The translations under genes were made by a program, and so were the position numbers. This document shows, piece by piece, positions 1-11,560 of a stretch of DNA of 64,000 nucleotides. The notes under the pieces are model-generated. The model had not been told where the DNA came from and did no database searches. It saw only the letters and a program-made list of their open reading frames with translations. Position 1 is the first letter of the stretch, and every line of letters starts with the position of its first letter. Origin of the DNA: Camelus ferus. Its lineage: Eukaryota. Location of the stretch: the NCBI RefSeq assembly GCF_009834535.1, contig NC_045697.1, forward strand, positions 18,726,001-18,790,000, written 5' to 3'.

Positions 1-1269
1 TGTTTTCTAGAGCTAGCCATATCCATGACATCTGGTAGTACTTTGTGCCATTCTGTTGTGATTTTCTTTGCTTGCTAATGAAAAGGTGAAATGAATGAGT
101 TTCTTGTATGATGGGATCTCAGTAAGCTTTTTATAGAAATCTTACTTTATTTTGTTTAAAGCAGCCACTCTCACAGCAGATAATACTCTTACTGATTGTC
201 TGTAAAAAGCTTTAATTAAGGAGATCAAAGAAGCTCCCTCAAGTTCCTTTGTCCTCTTACTCAGTTCTCTATCCCTTGTACCTAGAAGAGTGCCTGTCAT
301 GTAAAAGGCACTCAGTAAATATTAAAGTATAGAGTGAACTGGCAGTTGAGAATGTTTTCCTAGAGATATTTTCTTAGACATTTTTGCATTTCATTAAGAA
401 GCTAGAAAAGGCTATATAAGCTGAGGCACATTAGAAAAAAAAACTCTGTAACTTAATCTACTTTATGGCAAATTTCCCACGTGGTGTAATTTTTTCTAAT
501 GCTAGTTTTTCTCCCTTCATAATCTTCAACAGTGTTTTCTGTGCTTATTTAGACAGTAATTTACTGACAGGAAAATACATTTTGGTTTATGATCATGTTA
601 TTCCCCAGGTCATATTTCAGCCTCTTCTACCATGACAGAAGGAATAAGTTTTCCTGTGGTATGTGGCTTCTTACATTGTTTTATGAGAAATCATAAAAGA
701 TGCATCTAAACCCAAATTTTCCAAAGTACTGAATTGAAAATCATGACTTTAAACCTTTCCAGCAAAGACTCACAACCTATAGAGATGTATTAAATTTTAT
801 GTACCTAAAATTTTAAGTATTTTACTAATTATGATTGCTTTACACTCATTTACACATTTTGGGGCAAAATTTATACATAGGGTGAAGTTATTGATAACAG
901 ATGTAAATCTGTATTTTTAAAAGTTGTCTTGGTTATTTCTATCTTTTTGACTCTTTTATTATATCCATATCTGATTACTCATTATTTTTGCTTGGTAAAG
1001 AGGGAGTACTAGGAGGAAGAGGTACCCTTCTGCCATTTATTTAATGTGCTTTAATTATTAGTATTATCTCCAGTACCTCTTTTGTTGCAGAAGTTATCTT
1101 AAAACCCTCACCTGTTTCTTGAGCGTTGAGGTCATTAAATAGGTAATTTGTGATGTGCTGAAACAAATCAGTCAATGAAAACATCATTATCAACCCTTCA
1201 CATCCTGAAATACCTCTTCTCCCCTCAGTTTGGGCTCATCTGACAGACTGAGTCCTAGTGATATATTCA

Positions 1270-1745
1270 AAGATTTCTGAGTGCCAGCTGTGTTCCAGGA
1301 GCTAGGATATACCAGAGGACAAAACAGACCAAAAAAATATGTGTACCTCTGCCAGTGTGTAGAGGTTACATTTTAGTGAGAGAGACAGACAAAAACCAAA
1401 TAAATTAAATATTTATCGAGATAAGGGCTTTAGAAGAAAAAGAATGTTGGGAGTAGGGTAGGGAATGTCAGGAAGGGGTTGCAACAGGTCTCTTTGAGAT
1501 GGTGACACTTGAGGAAAGGATCTTAAGGATAAGGTGAGAATTTGAGGCATGTTTTTATGTGGGAATAACATTCCAGCAAGAAGGAACAGCAAATGTAAAG
1601 ACCCTGAGGCAGAATATGCATAGATTAGATATGGTATGTGAAGTAAAGACAGGAGTCAAAGCTAACCCACAGGTTCTGGCCTGAACAATGGCAGTTCCAG
1701 GGTTGCCTTCATTTGAAATGAGGAACAGCTTTTGGGTGTAAGACT
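1270..1745. mobile_element. Degenerate LINE-2 fragment
   Basis: L2-type motifs such as gtgccagctgtgttccaggagctagg and cattccagcaagaaggaacagcaaatgtaaagaccctgaggcag. Boundaries approximate. Confidence 0.6.
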
Positions 1746-2210
1746 GGGAGATGATGTATGCACAGGATAAGTCACTTGTATGACTTCTGGATTTTGCATG
1801 GTGAGAGGTTTAAAAATGTCAAGGCAGACAAGCTCTTGGCAGGAAACACGATTTTGAATGACTTTTGCTTTAAACTGTTGATACTTAGGGGAGATGAACT
1901 AATTTACTTGCACAAACCGAAGGTAGTTAATAAAGGAAGGGGACTTTCCTGCAGTAAATGAAAGTGTTTTATACATTAATTTTGGATTACCTAAATAATT
2001 GCTTGAAATTTTTTTGCTTTATTCTATTAAAATCCATAACTTTCCCCCCAGCCCATTTGATTTAAACAGGGATTTAAAATATGATAATATTACACAGATT
2101 AGTATGTAATCTCTGACATGAGGAATGTAAGTACTGAGATCTATTTAGATAGAAACGGAAATAGGCATAATATTAAGACTAATGGGAAAAAGAAGCACAT
2201 TTTTGACGGC

Positions 2211-3050
2211 TGTGATGTTGTGATTTATAAATACGTGTATTTGGTCATCAAGTGACCAAAATATATTTCTCATACATATTTGTTCTTGTCTGTATTTCCT
2301 GGCTGGCAGCTCCTAAGACCCTTGGAATTCCTAAGTGAGAAGAGTGATAAAGGTGTCTTTTGTTAGACTAATGAGGTGACTTTTGGAAAGTATGTCATGG
2401 TAGAGGCTGGTTGCCAGTGGAACCAACCTTGGGATTAGAGAGTTGGAACTTGTAGTTCTACCTCCTAACCTCTAGGGAGGGAAGAGGGGCTATAGATTGA
2501 ACCCATCTCCAGTGGCTGGTGATGTAGTCATTTGTGACTCTGTAATGATGCTTCCATAAAGCCTCAAAGGACAGGGTTTGGAGAGCTTCCAGGCTGGTGA
2601 AGAGCTTCCAGGCTGATGAAGTGCTGAAAGAGTGATGCGCCTGGATGGGGCCTGAAAGCTCCAGGCCTTCCCCTGTGTCTTGCCCTATGCATCTCTTCCA
2701 TTTGGCTATTCCTGAGTTATATCCTTTTATGATAAACTGGTAATGTAGTAAGCAAAATGTTTCTCTGAGTTATGTGAGTCACTCTAGCAAATTAGTCGAA
2801 CCCAAGGAGAGGGTGGATTATGGGAACTTCTGATCTATGTAGCTGGATGGTCAGAAACAGAGGTAATTGCTTGAGACTGGCTTCTGAAACCCAAGGCGGG
2901 GGTCGTGGGAACTTCTGAGATCTGACCATCTTGGGGTAGATAGTGTCAAAATTGAGTTGAATTGTAGGCCACCTTTCTGGTGTCCAGGGAATTGCTTATT
3001 GGTGCAGGAAGCCTCCTCTCCATGCTGGAGTTGGTACCAGAACCCGAACC
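2211..3050. mobile_element. Solo LTR, MER21-like
   Basis: Starts tgtgatgttgtgatttataa...tatttggtc...gctcctaagacccttggaattcct, resembling the recalled MER21 consensus. The far end is approximate. Confidence 0.7.
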
Positions 3051-3455
3051 CATTTAACCCTATTCTTAAGTCTCCAGGCATCACTTGAGAGACTTTTTTT
3101 TCTGAGAATGCTTTATGTTATAAACAATTAATTCTAGATAACTAACTGTGTATCAAAATAATCTGCTTTATATGGCCTACTGTCTGTACAAACTATGTTT
3201 ATCTTTCTTTATGAGCTTTCTGTTTTGGTACTATATAAATTTGGAAATACACACATGCTGGATCGGCTCACTTCATTGCCTGAGTTTATACAGTAGGTTA
3301 TTCAGTAGATTGATCCTCCATGGGATCGTGTTCTCTGGTTATGTTAAGAAAGAAAGTATACTAAGAGTTGCCTTGGTGTGTGTGTATGGGTGGGGCAGGT
3401 GTGTGTCTCTCATGTCTACTTTGTCTGGGATCACAACGAGTTGACATGGATCCTC

Positions 3456-3545
3456 ATTTATTTATTTTTTAGATGCAGGTACTGGGGATTGAACCTAGGA
3501 CCTCCTGCATGCTAAGCATGTGCTCTACCTGAGCTATACTACCCT
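3456..3545 (-). mobile_element. tRNA-Ala-derived SINE (camelid Vic-1-like)
   Basis: Reverse complement reads gtatagctcaggtagagcacatgcttagcatgcaggaggtcctaggttcaatccccagtacct (A and B boxes) followed by an AT-rich tail. Confidence 0.85.
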
Positions 3546-3664
3546 GCTCCCCACCCCTCGTCTTTGTTTAAAGATCAACAACAAATCATTCAGTAGCATC
3601 AATCACTACTACTGCATTTTTGTTCTAATGGTAGCAATTTTAACATACATTCATTGTTTTCACT

Positions 3665-3962
3665 GTAGCAGGTTTTACCTCTGAGGAGTCAACCAACTGT
3701 GGGTCTAAAATATTTGGGGGGAAAATCCAGAAAATTCTGAAAAGCAAAACTTGTATTTGCCACATGCCAGCAACTGTTTACATTGTATTTCATTGCTTTA
3801 GGTATTGTAAGTAATCTAGAGATGATTTAAAGTATATAGGAGGATGTGCATCTGTTATATGCAAATACTGCATCATTTTATATAAGGGACTCAAGGATCT
3901 ACATATTGTGGTGTCTGAGGGTGTCCTGGACCCAATCACCTGCACATACTGAGGGATGACTG
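3665..3962 (-). mobile_element. MER2-like TcMar-Tigger MITE
   Basis: Ends with the TIR actgagggatgactg. Contains the MER2 hallmark gtaatctagagatgatttaaagtata. Confidence 0.8.
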
Positions 3963-4664
3963 TGTAGCTTGAAGCAACTTGTTCTGCAGAATTGTGCAGT
4001 AAAAGTAATAAGGCTTATGGGGGAAAAAAGGGTTGAAAGCAGACTAGTGAAAATCCATAAAACTCTGATCTTGGATACTAATTAAAAGCAATAGCAATCC
4101 TAATAAAAAACAAAAGACTAGCATTTGTACTTTGAATTGCCATCAGTCTTCGGAGTCTTGAACTTGTAGGTCCTGGGAGGGCATTACTTCTAAGAGACTT
4201 TCCATTTAAATTAAAAATCTAACCCATATGTAGCCTTCTTCATTTTAATCCATTGTTTTAATACAAGGGGAATTTTTCTGCAGCTTTTTCATCTGCCCCG
4301 GCAGCTTTGTCAAATATGTTAACCTGGCTGAAAGAGTAACAGTTCCTGAAGCCACTGAACCAACTACTACTTACAAGAAAGAAAAGTACTTTTGTAGATT
4401 TGCCGGTCTTTTTCTTAAAATATTCATCTGTTACTAAGTTTTTGATCTTTATTTGTGGAAAAGCTTGTTCCCAGTGGCCTCAAAATATTAACATACTAGG
4501 AAAAATCATGTATGAAGGAGCATGACCTCCATTTACACCAGCATTATTCCCCTATTTCTAGTTGCCTAAGAAGAAATTCACAGCAAAAAAACCCCATACA
4601 TTGTATAAGAACAGATTTTACTTTTGTTTTGTTTTGATTTGGGTTAAATGCATAGGGTGAGTTG

Positions 4665-4873
4665 CAGGTGACCCCTGAACAGCTTGGGGGTTAGGGACCC
4701 CAGACCCCTGTGCAGTGAAAAATCCCCATGATTTTGTAGTTGGTTCCTTGTACCTACAGTTCTGCATCCTTGGAACCACAGATCTGGTAGTACTGTAGTA
4801 CACATTTATTGGGAAAAATCCATGTATAAGTGGACCTGTGCAGTTCAAACTTGTGTCATTCAGGGATCAACTG
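4665..4873. mobile_element. Tigger2a-like MITE
   Basis: Imperfect TIRs caggtgacccctgaaca ... cattcagggatcaactg, with internal tataagtggacctgtgcagttcaaac. Confidence 0.75.
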
Positions 4874-4879
4874 AATTGG

Positions 4880-5050
4880 TTTTGGAATCACAAAGACTGG
4901 GCTCTGAATTCTAGCTCTGCTGCTGAAATATACTTTCTGCAAGTGACTTGACTTCTTTAAGCCTCAATTTCTGTATCTATAAAATGGAACTAATTATTAT
5001 ACCTGCCCATAGAGTTTGGTAGTAAATAAATGAGATAATATTGGACAAAC
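4880..5050. mobile_element. MIR SINE
   Basis: MIR core gcctcaatttctgtatctataaaatgg ... taaatgagataat. Confidence 0.75.
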
Positions 5051-6539
5051 TTACACACCGAATTTACTACTAATAAGTGTTAACTTTTATTTGCAGTTGT
5101 CATTTATAATTCATAATATCTAAAGAGCACGGCATGACTATACCACTAGCAAGGAGTATTTTCAACAAGTTAAACCTTTTCAAATAATTTTTACATCCTT
5201 ATTAATTTTATCTAACATAAAATATTAAGAGTGAGAAGGCAGGATTTTGTTTTTAATGTCAATTGTAGGTAACAAAGAAAACTGATACAAAATGTAGTAA
5301 ATGTGATTTGTATTTTTCATTTTTTGGCATAGTTTTACACAGGAAACTGATCAAATAATCAGAAGATACAGAAGTTGTAATTGTATTTAGGCTCATGTGA
5401 TGTAAAGGGGATACAAACAGCATTTTTTCGTTAGGTTGCAATAGAGATGAACTTTTTTCTGTTCAAATGCCATTAAAAGTTTTATACTTTACTGCTTTTG
5501 TCTGTGACATGTAGTGGTTTTTGAGGTCTATTTTCTGTCTTCCAGCTCGAAGCTTTCATTTAGCCAAATACATTGAAATGGAATTCTGGTTAAAACTTCT
5601 TTTTGATCCTTACTTGATTTGATATTGCCTATTGACATTTTGGTTCTGAAATTAAACACATTGCACCTGTGAGCTGTCTAGTATCATGCATTGAACTATT
5701 TTCAACAAATTCTATTCAGGAGTCATTTCTTGAAAACCTGTTAACAGGCAAGAACTTTGAGCACTTTAAGTGTTATAAAAGATGAATTAACAGTTTGGTC
5801 CTTGGCCATTTGTGCCTTAGTGGGGAATCCAGCTATGCTTGCAAGTAACTATAATGTAAGGAAGAACACTCCTATAAAAGAGACATTTTGCAAGGAATGT
5901 TGAGGTATAGAACAAGGAATGATTAGTTCAGATTGGTGATATCAGCTAATCATGGAGCAGCTCTTCCTCTTATTTTTAAACTTTTAAATTATGCTAGGAG
6001 AAGATGAGTTTTGGAAATCTGGAGGCAAGAGATTTTGTTCAAGAGTACCTGGATACAGTCTCTGTTCTCTGTCCCTCCCAGTCAGGAGGTGGTTCTTGTT
6101 GGAGACAGGTGAATTTATTCAAAACAAAACAAAACAAAACTACAAATGCCAGTGTTTGTAAACATTCCTTTAAATGGAAGAAAAAGTCAGTAGAAGTGTA
6201 GCCTGAGTAGTAGCTGGGTGAGAAGGCGGTGGCTGTTTTCTCAGCTCTGCTAGAGCTGGACCTGAGGAGTGTGTCACTGGCAGCTGTGAGTGCCCTTAGG
6301 GAGTTTGGGCCAAGATAAGTCTGTGCCAAGATAGGCTGTGTGTGCTTCTGCTCTTTGTAGTCACTGCCATTCAGTTAAGTTCTGTGTCCCTCGTTAGATA
6401 GAGTAGGAGCTAGATAAGGCCAAATAGATCAGCAGGGAAAGAGATTGTCTGTGTAGGTGCTTCCTGCTTGTTTGTAACCCTTTTGAAATGTTACTCAATT
6501 AATATGGGAATATATTCGATCGTTATTATGATAGTTTAG

Positions 6540-7010
6540 AAGCCCTCAGTTCTACTTTCTTCCCTGGAGGTAACCATTATTAAAAATTTGGGATCATTCT
6601 TCCAGACAGTTTTCTATGTACTTAAGTGCACATGAGTATATAAATATAGTTTGGGTTTTCTTCAGGGCAGATGGGCTCATATTATTGTATTTGTATATTA
6701 TGTGTTATCTTTACTTTTAAAATTTAATAATCCTTGAGTTCTTAGCATACATTTAGGATTACTTTTCTTTTTTTTAAAAAAATCTTTGTAGTGTTCCATA
6801 TCCATAATATCGGTGTAACAATTTATTTAGCCAGTTCCCATTTGGCATACAGGTAGATATATTTCTTTTAGGAGCAAGGCTATAGTAGCCACATATGCAT
6901 GGGTATTTTTGTAGGTCATATACTTAGAAGTGAAATTGCTGGTTGCAAGGATATGTGCATTTGTAGTTTTGGTAGATGCTGCCAGCTCTAGAATCTTATA
7001 GTTACTCATA
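6540..7010 (-). mobile_element. Old L1 (L1M-type) 3' fragment
   Basis: Antisense L1 3' motifs such as ggaggtaaccattatt and acttagaagtgaaattgctgg. Boundaries approximate. Confidence 0.55.
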
Positions 7011-7443
7011 CCCATATATATAGCAGTTTGTGAGAGTTGATGAATAGGTTTCAATAGGAATTGAAAAGAAAGGAATTCTGCACAGAGAAGTGTGAGTAAA
7101 AGCATGGAGGTAGGACAGCTTAGTAAATATGGTGAGGCAAAGCGAGTAAAGAATCTGGTGTAGGTTATAGGAAGCAATAGAGGCTAGTGGAAGATGAGTC
7201 CAGAAAGGTAGGTTGGATCAAATAAACTATTTTAAATGTGTGGCTCAGAACTTTAAACTTGAATGGACATTGGTGGCCTTTGGAAAGGTTTTACACATGA
7301 GCTTTATTTCGGGAGCAGTAACTATGAAGGCTAGGTTTTTGAGATGGGAGTTTGGCTGTGAGACTGTTACAGTGATTGTGTGCTATAATAAAAGCTATGA
7401 CATTAGAAATGAAAGGAAAGAATCAAATTAAAGCCATGGTATA

Positions 7444-8100
7444 AGGAATAGACTTACCATATGACCCAGGAATCCCGCTCCTGGGCATATATCCAGAAGG
7501 AACCCTACTTCAGGATGACACCTGCACCCCAATGTTCATAGCAGCACTATTTACAATAGCCAAAACATGGAAACAGCCTAAATGTCCACCAACGGATGAC
7601 TGGATAAAGAAGATGTGGTATATTTATACAATGGAATACTACTCAGCCATAAAAACCGACAACATAACACCACTTGCAGCAACATGGATGCTCCTGGAGA
7701 ATGTCATTCTAAGTGAAGTAAGCCAGAAAGAGAAAGAAAAATACCATATGAGATCACTCATATGTGGAATTTAAAACAAAACAAAACAAAAACAAACAAA
7801 GCATAAATACAAAACAGAAACAGACTCATAGACATAGAATACAAACTTGTGCTTGCCAAGGGGGCGGAGGGGTGGGAAGGGATAGACGGGATTTCAAAAT
7901 GGTAGAATAGATAAACAAGATTATACTGTATAGCACAGGGAAATATACACAAGATCTTATGGCAGCCCACAGAGAAGAAAATGTGACAATGAATATATAT
8001 ATGTTCATGTGTAACTGAAAAATCGTGCTCTACACTGGAGTTTGACACAACATTGTAAAATGATTATAAATCAATAAAAAATGTTATATAGTTAAATATA
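7444..8100 (+). mobile_element. Young 5'-truncated L1 (ORF2 C-terminus plus 3' UTR)
   Basis: ORF 7532-7774 (MFIAALFTIAKTWKQPKCP...WIKKMWYIYTMEYYSAIK) is the L1 ORF2 C-terminus. Perfect 14-bp TSD aaagccatggtata at 7430-7443 and 8101-8114. Confidence 0.95.
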
Positions 8101-8329
8101 AAAGCCATGGTATAGAGTTAAAATCAGTTTGTAAGACTTGGTGGCTAAGAATGAGAAGGAAGAAGATTGAATGCTGTGACTGGCTGAGTGGATAGATGGC
8201 ACCTTTTATGAAAATAATAAAAATAGAATAAGAAATAGGTTTGGGGTAAAATAAGTGAAAAGTTATTAAAATATAAGGAAGAAGATGATTTACTGTCCAC
8301 TGTTGACATGTTTCTACAAAGTATAGTCA

Positions 8330-8920
8330 GTTTTTTTGGTAACAAAATATACATAACTTGAAATTTAATATATTAAACCATTTTTCATTGTACATTTCAG
8401 TGATACTAGGTGCATTTGTGTTGTTGTTCATCTGTTACCATCATCTGTCTCCAGAACTTTTTCCATCTTCCTAAACTGAAACTCTGAACCCATTAAACTC
8501 TATTCCACCTTATCCTGAGTCCTTGTTAACCACCATTCTGCTTTCTACCTCTGTGAATTTGACTGCTCTATGGGCCTCATATGAGTGGAGTCATACAATA
8601 TTTGTCCTTTTGTGTGGTTTATTTTACTTAGTGTAATGTCTGCAAGGTTCATCCATATTATAGCATGTGTCAGAATTTCCTTCCTTTTATTTATTTTTAT
8701 TTGGCGGGGGGCAGTTAAGTTTATTTTTATTTATTTTTTAACAGAGATACTGGGGATTGAACCCAGGACCTTGTGCATGCTAAGCATGCACTCTGCCACT
8801 GAGCTTTACCCCTACCTCCAAGAATTTCCTTCCTTTTAGACTAGTTAGTATTCCATTGTTTGGATGTACCACATTTTAAAAATCCATTCATCTGCTGGCA
8901 GATACATGGGGTGCATTTGT
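8330..8920 (-). mobile_element. L1MB-like 3' end interrupted by a SINE
   Basis: Minus-strand ORF contains WIFKMWYIQTMEY, an ORF2 C-terminal remnant, alongside typical L1 3' UTR sequence. Confidence 0.8.
8690..8820 (-). mobile_element. tRNA-Ala-derived SINE (Vic-1-like)
   Basis: tRNA-like head on the minus strand. Perfect 18-bp TSD agaatttccttcctttta at 8672-8689 and 8821-8838. Confidence 0.92.
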
Positions 8921-9538
8921 TTGTTTTTTTTTGTTTTTTGTGGGGGTTTTTTTGTTGTTGGGGTGGGTCTCCCTTTTCTAAGTAACTGGAGAGTGGATCT
9001 AATACAACTGAGTTTGATAAAACAGTACAAACCACTGCACTCTTGTATAGGTCCACTGTTAGAAAATAGTGTTTGCTACCACAGGGATGATTATAGAAGA
9101 TCTTATTCTGTACAACTCAAATATATCATGACTACTGGAAAAATGACCCGAAATGCTTATCCTATTAGTAGTAGACACACCATAGTGGTCAGAGGCTTAG
9201 TATAAAGTTAACTGGATTTAGAGTTGAAGTTTTAATGTAATCATTGGATTATTGTGAGGATTGAGTAAAATGTATAGAATTATGTACACTGTCAAGTGCC
9301 CCAAACAGAGAAGGTGTTGTAATACTTGTCCTAGGCTGGTTGACTGGAGAACTGTTTTTGAAAGAATTTGACTTTTAAATAGTTGAAATAAAACAACCTC
9401 TGCATCTGATGAAATAACATGATAGAGGTATCATAAAATAGGGATGAGTTGCCATCAAGTAGGTGTTACCTGTTAATTGTGTCTACAAATCTTGATTCCT
9501 TTGTGGTACTAATTTTCTAAGTTAAAATGAGAGAAGTG

Positions 9539-9665
9539 ACAGTATGGAGAGTCCTCAAAAGACTAAAAATAGACTTACCATATGATCTAACAATCCCACT
9601 CCTGGTCATATATCTAGAGGGAACCTTAATTCAAAAAGACACCTGCACCCCAGTGTTCATAGCAG
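9539..9665 (+). mobile_element. Isolated internal L1 ORF2 fragment
   Basis: atagacttaccatatga...gacacctgcaccccagtgttcatagcag is homologous to 7448-7544. No 3' UTR or tail follows. Confidence 0.85.
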
Positions 9666-10559
9666 AGAGTAAGTATATTGAGAGGTTCCTTTCTCTTTAG
9701 TCATTACTCCCTAGAAAACACATATTCATGTTCCAAGTTCTCTGTAGTTCATTTCTTTTTAGCCGAGTTGTAATTCTATGTCCACAGCCTAAATTTTGAC
9801 TTCTATAAATAGATTTCAACACAACTCCATCTCAGGAAAATGTGTTACATTTGGAACTCGTTAACATATGATTTTCCTTCATGTTCATTTCCTATTAAAA
9901 CATAAACCCACACAAATTGCTGCACATCAAACTTGCGTAACAGTTGGCATTGCCAAATTGAAAAGCATGAACAGAATATAAAATATAGATGAAGAATAGG
10001 AATGGAAAATTAAAGCCAATAGATCAAAAGAAGTCCTTGGAGACTCTTAAACTAGTTTTAGGGTGGTTAACATTACAGGATAGCTCTTTAGGTTTATTAG
10101 TTTCTTTCAGCCTCATTGTAAAAGATGAGCTAATAGAAGGTAGTTGGTAATTTAAAGGGGATGCTTAGCATGTGGGAAGCACTCCATTAATGTCTGTTAA
10201 ATTTATGATTTCTAATCTATGGGATTGAGATTGAGAATCATTTTAGTGGCTAGAGAGCATCAGCCTTAAATATTTTTCCCACATGACGTTTTATTTAACA
10301 CTGATAGATACAGATGGCAGAGGATGCATAATTAAAACTAAGATTATTAGAACATTGTTCAATAAGTAATGCTTTTACATCATTTTAAAAAAATCCAACT
10401 ATAAGCAAGAACTAGATAGACTAGATTGACTTGTCACATCTCCCTACTCTTTGTGGAAAGTTCTGATAAACTGTAATACACTCTCAGAATATTTGAGCAT
10501 ATCCGGTTTATTAGTGTCCAAACTGAACTGCTGAAATCCCCCTACTTTTTTTCTAATGT

Positions 10560-10720
10560 ATTCTTTTCTTCCAGTTTTATTGAGAGAGAATTCACATACA
10601 GCACTAAATAAGTTTAAGGTGTACAGCATACTGATGACTTACATACATCATGAAATGATTACCACAATCGGTTTAGTGAACAACCATCAACTCATGTAGT
10701 GACAAAATTAAAGAAATAGA
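10560..10720 (-). mobile_element. L1MA-like extreme 3' end
   Basis: tttcttccagttttattgaga...cacatacagcact...aagtttaaggtgtacagcat. The same family recurs at about 55818-55866. Confidence 0.7.
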
Positions 10721-10724
10721 CCCA

Positions 10725-11560
10725 CCTCCTTAATCTTCCCTGAAGTCTTCCCCATCTCAGTAAGTAACTTCAGTTTGGGTTGCTTAGGCTAGAAACCTTG
10801 GACTCACCATTGCTCTCCTTTGTTCTTCAGCTCCGTGATCCCTGGAGTCAGCAGATGTTGTTAGTTTTCTTTTTAAACTATACCCGTGGTTTCATCACCT
10901 GTGACACTTCCCACTGCTTCCACTCTGGTGTAAGGTTTTGTCATCTTTAACCCACATGGTCATCGTGGTCTCTCAGCTGGTCTCCACTGCCTCTTCCCTG
11001 ATGCCTTTATCTTTCTCTGCTCAGCAGCCAGGTTCATCTGCTGATCAGATTCATCTGATCTTCCTCTGCTTAGATCTTGATCTTCCTTGACTCAAAATAT
11101 GCAGTATAAAGCTTAAGACTTTCCTGATTTGTGGTGTCCCCAAGACTGTACGTGGACACCCCCAACCATACTCACGCAAACTCACGTAACCTCTCATCTC
11201 TTCATACCCTCTCCTGCAGTCTCCGTGTTCTAGCCACACTGGTCTCCTCACTGAAACACTCCTGTTTTAAGGGCTGTTGGACCTGCTGTTCATTCCCTTT
11301 GAATGGAATCCTCCTTTCACCACCTCCTTCAGATCTTTGCTCAAATATTACCTCAGTGAGGGCTGATTTAAGATTGCGTCCCACCCCCAACTTCCTTATC
11401 CTTTCTTTCTTTTTTTCTTTCCAAAGCATTTACCACCATCTGACATTCTAATTACATCGTGAGCTGTGCTGCCAAGGATGTTAGTATCCTCAGTGCTTAA
11501 AAAAGCTGATACATTGCAGGTGTTCAAATATTTGTTGATCTAATGAATTTATGAAGAGAA
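10725..11560. mobile_element. LINE-2 fragment
   Basis: L2 motifs such as cttccccatctcagtaa, ctagccacactggtctcct and cttcagatctttgctcaaatattacctc. Confidence 0.7.
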
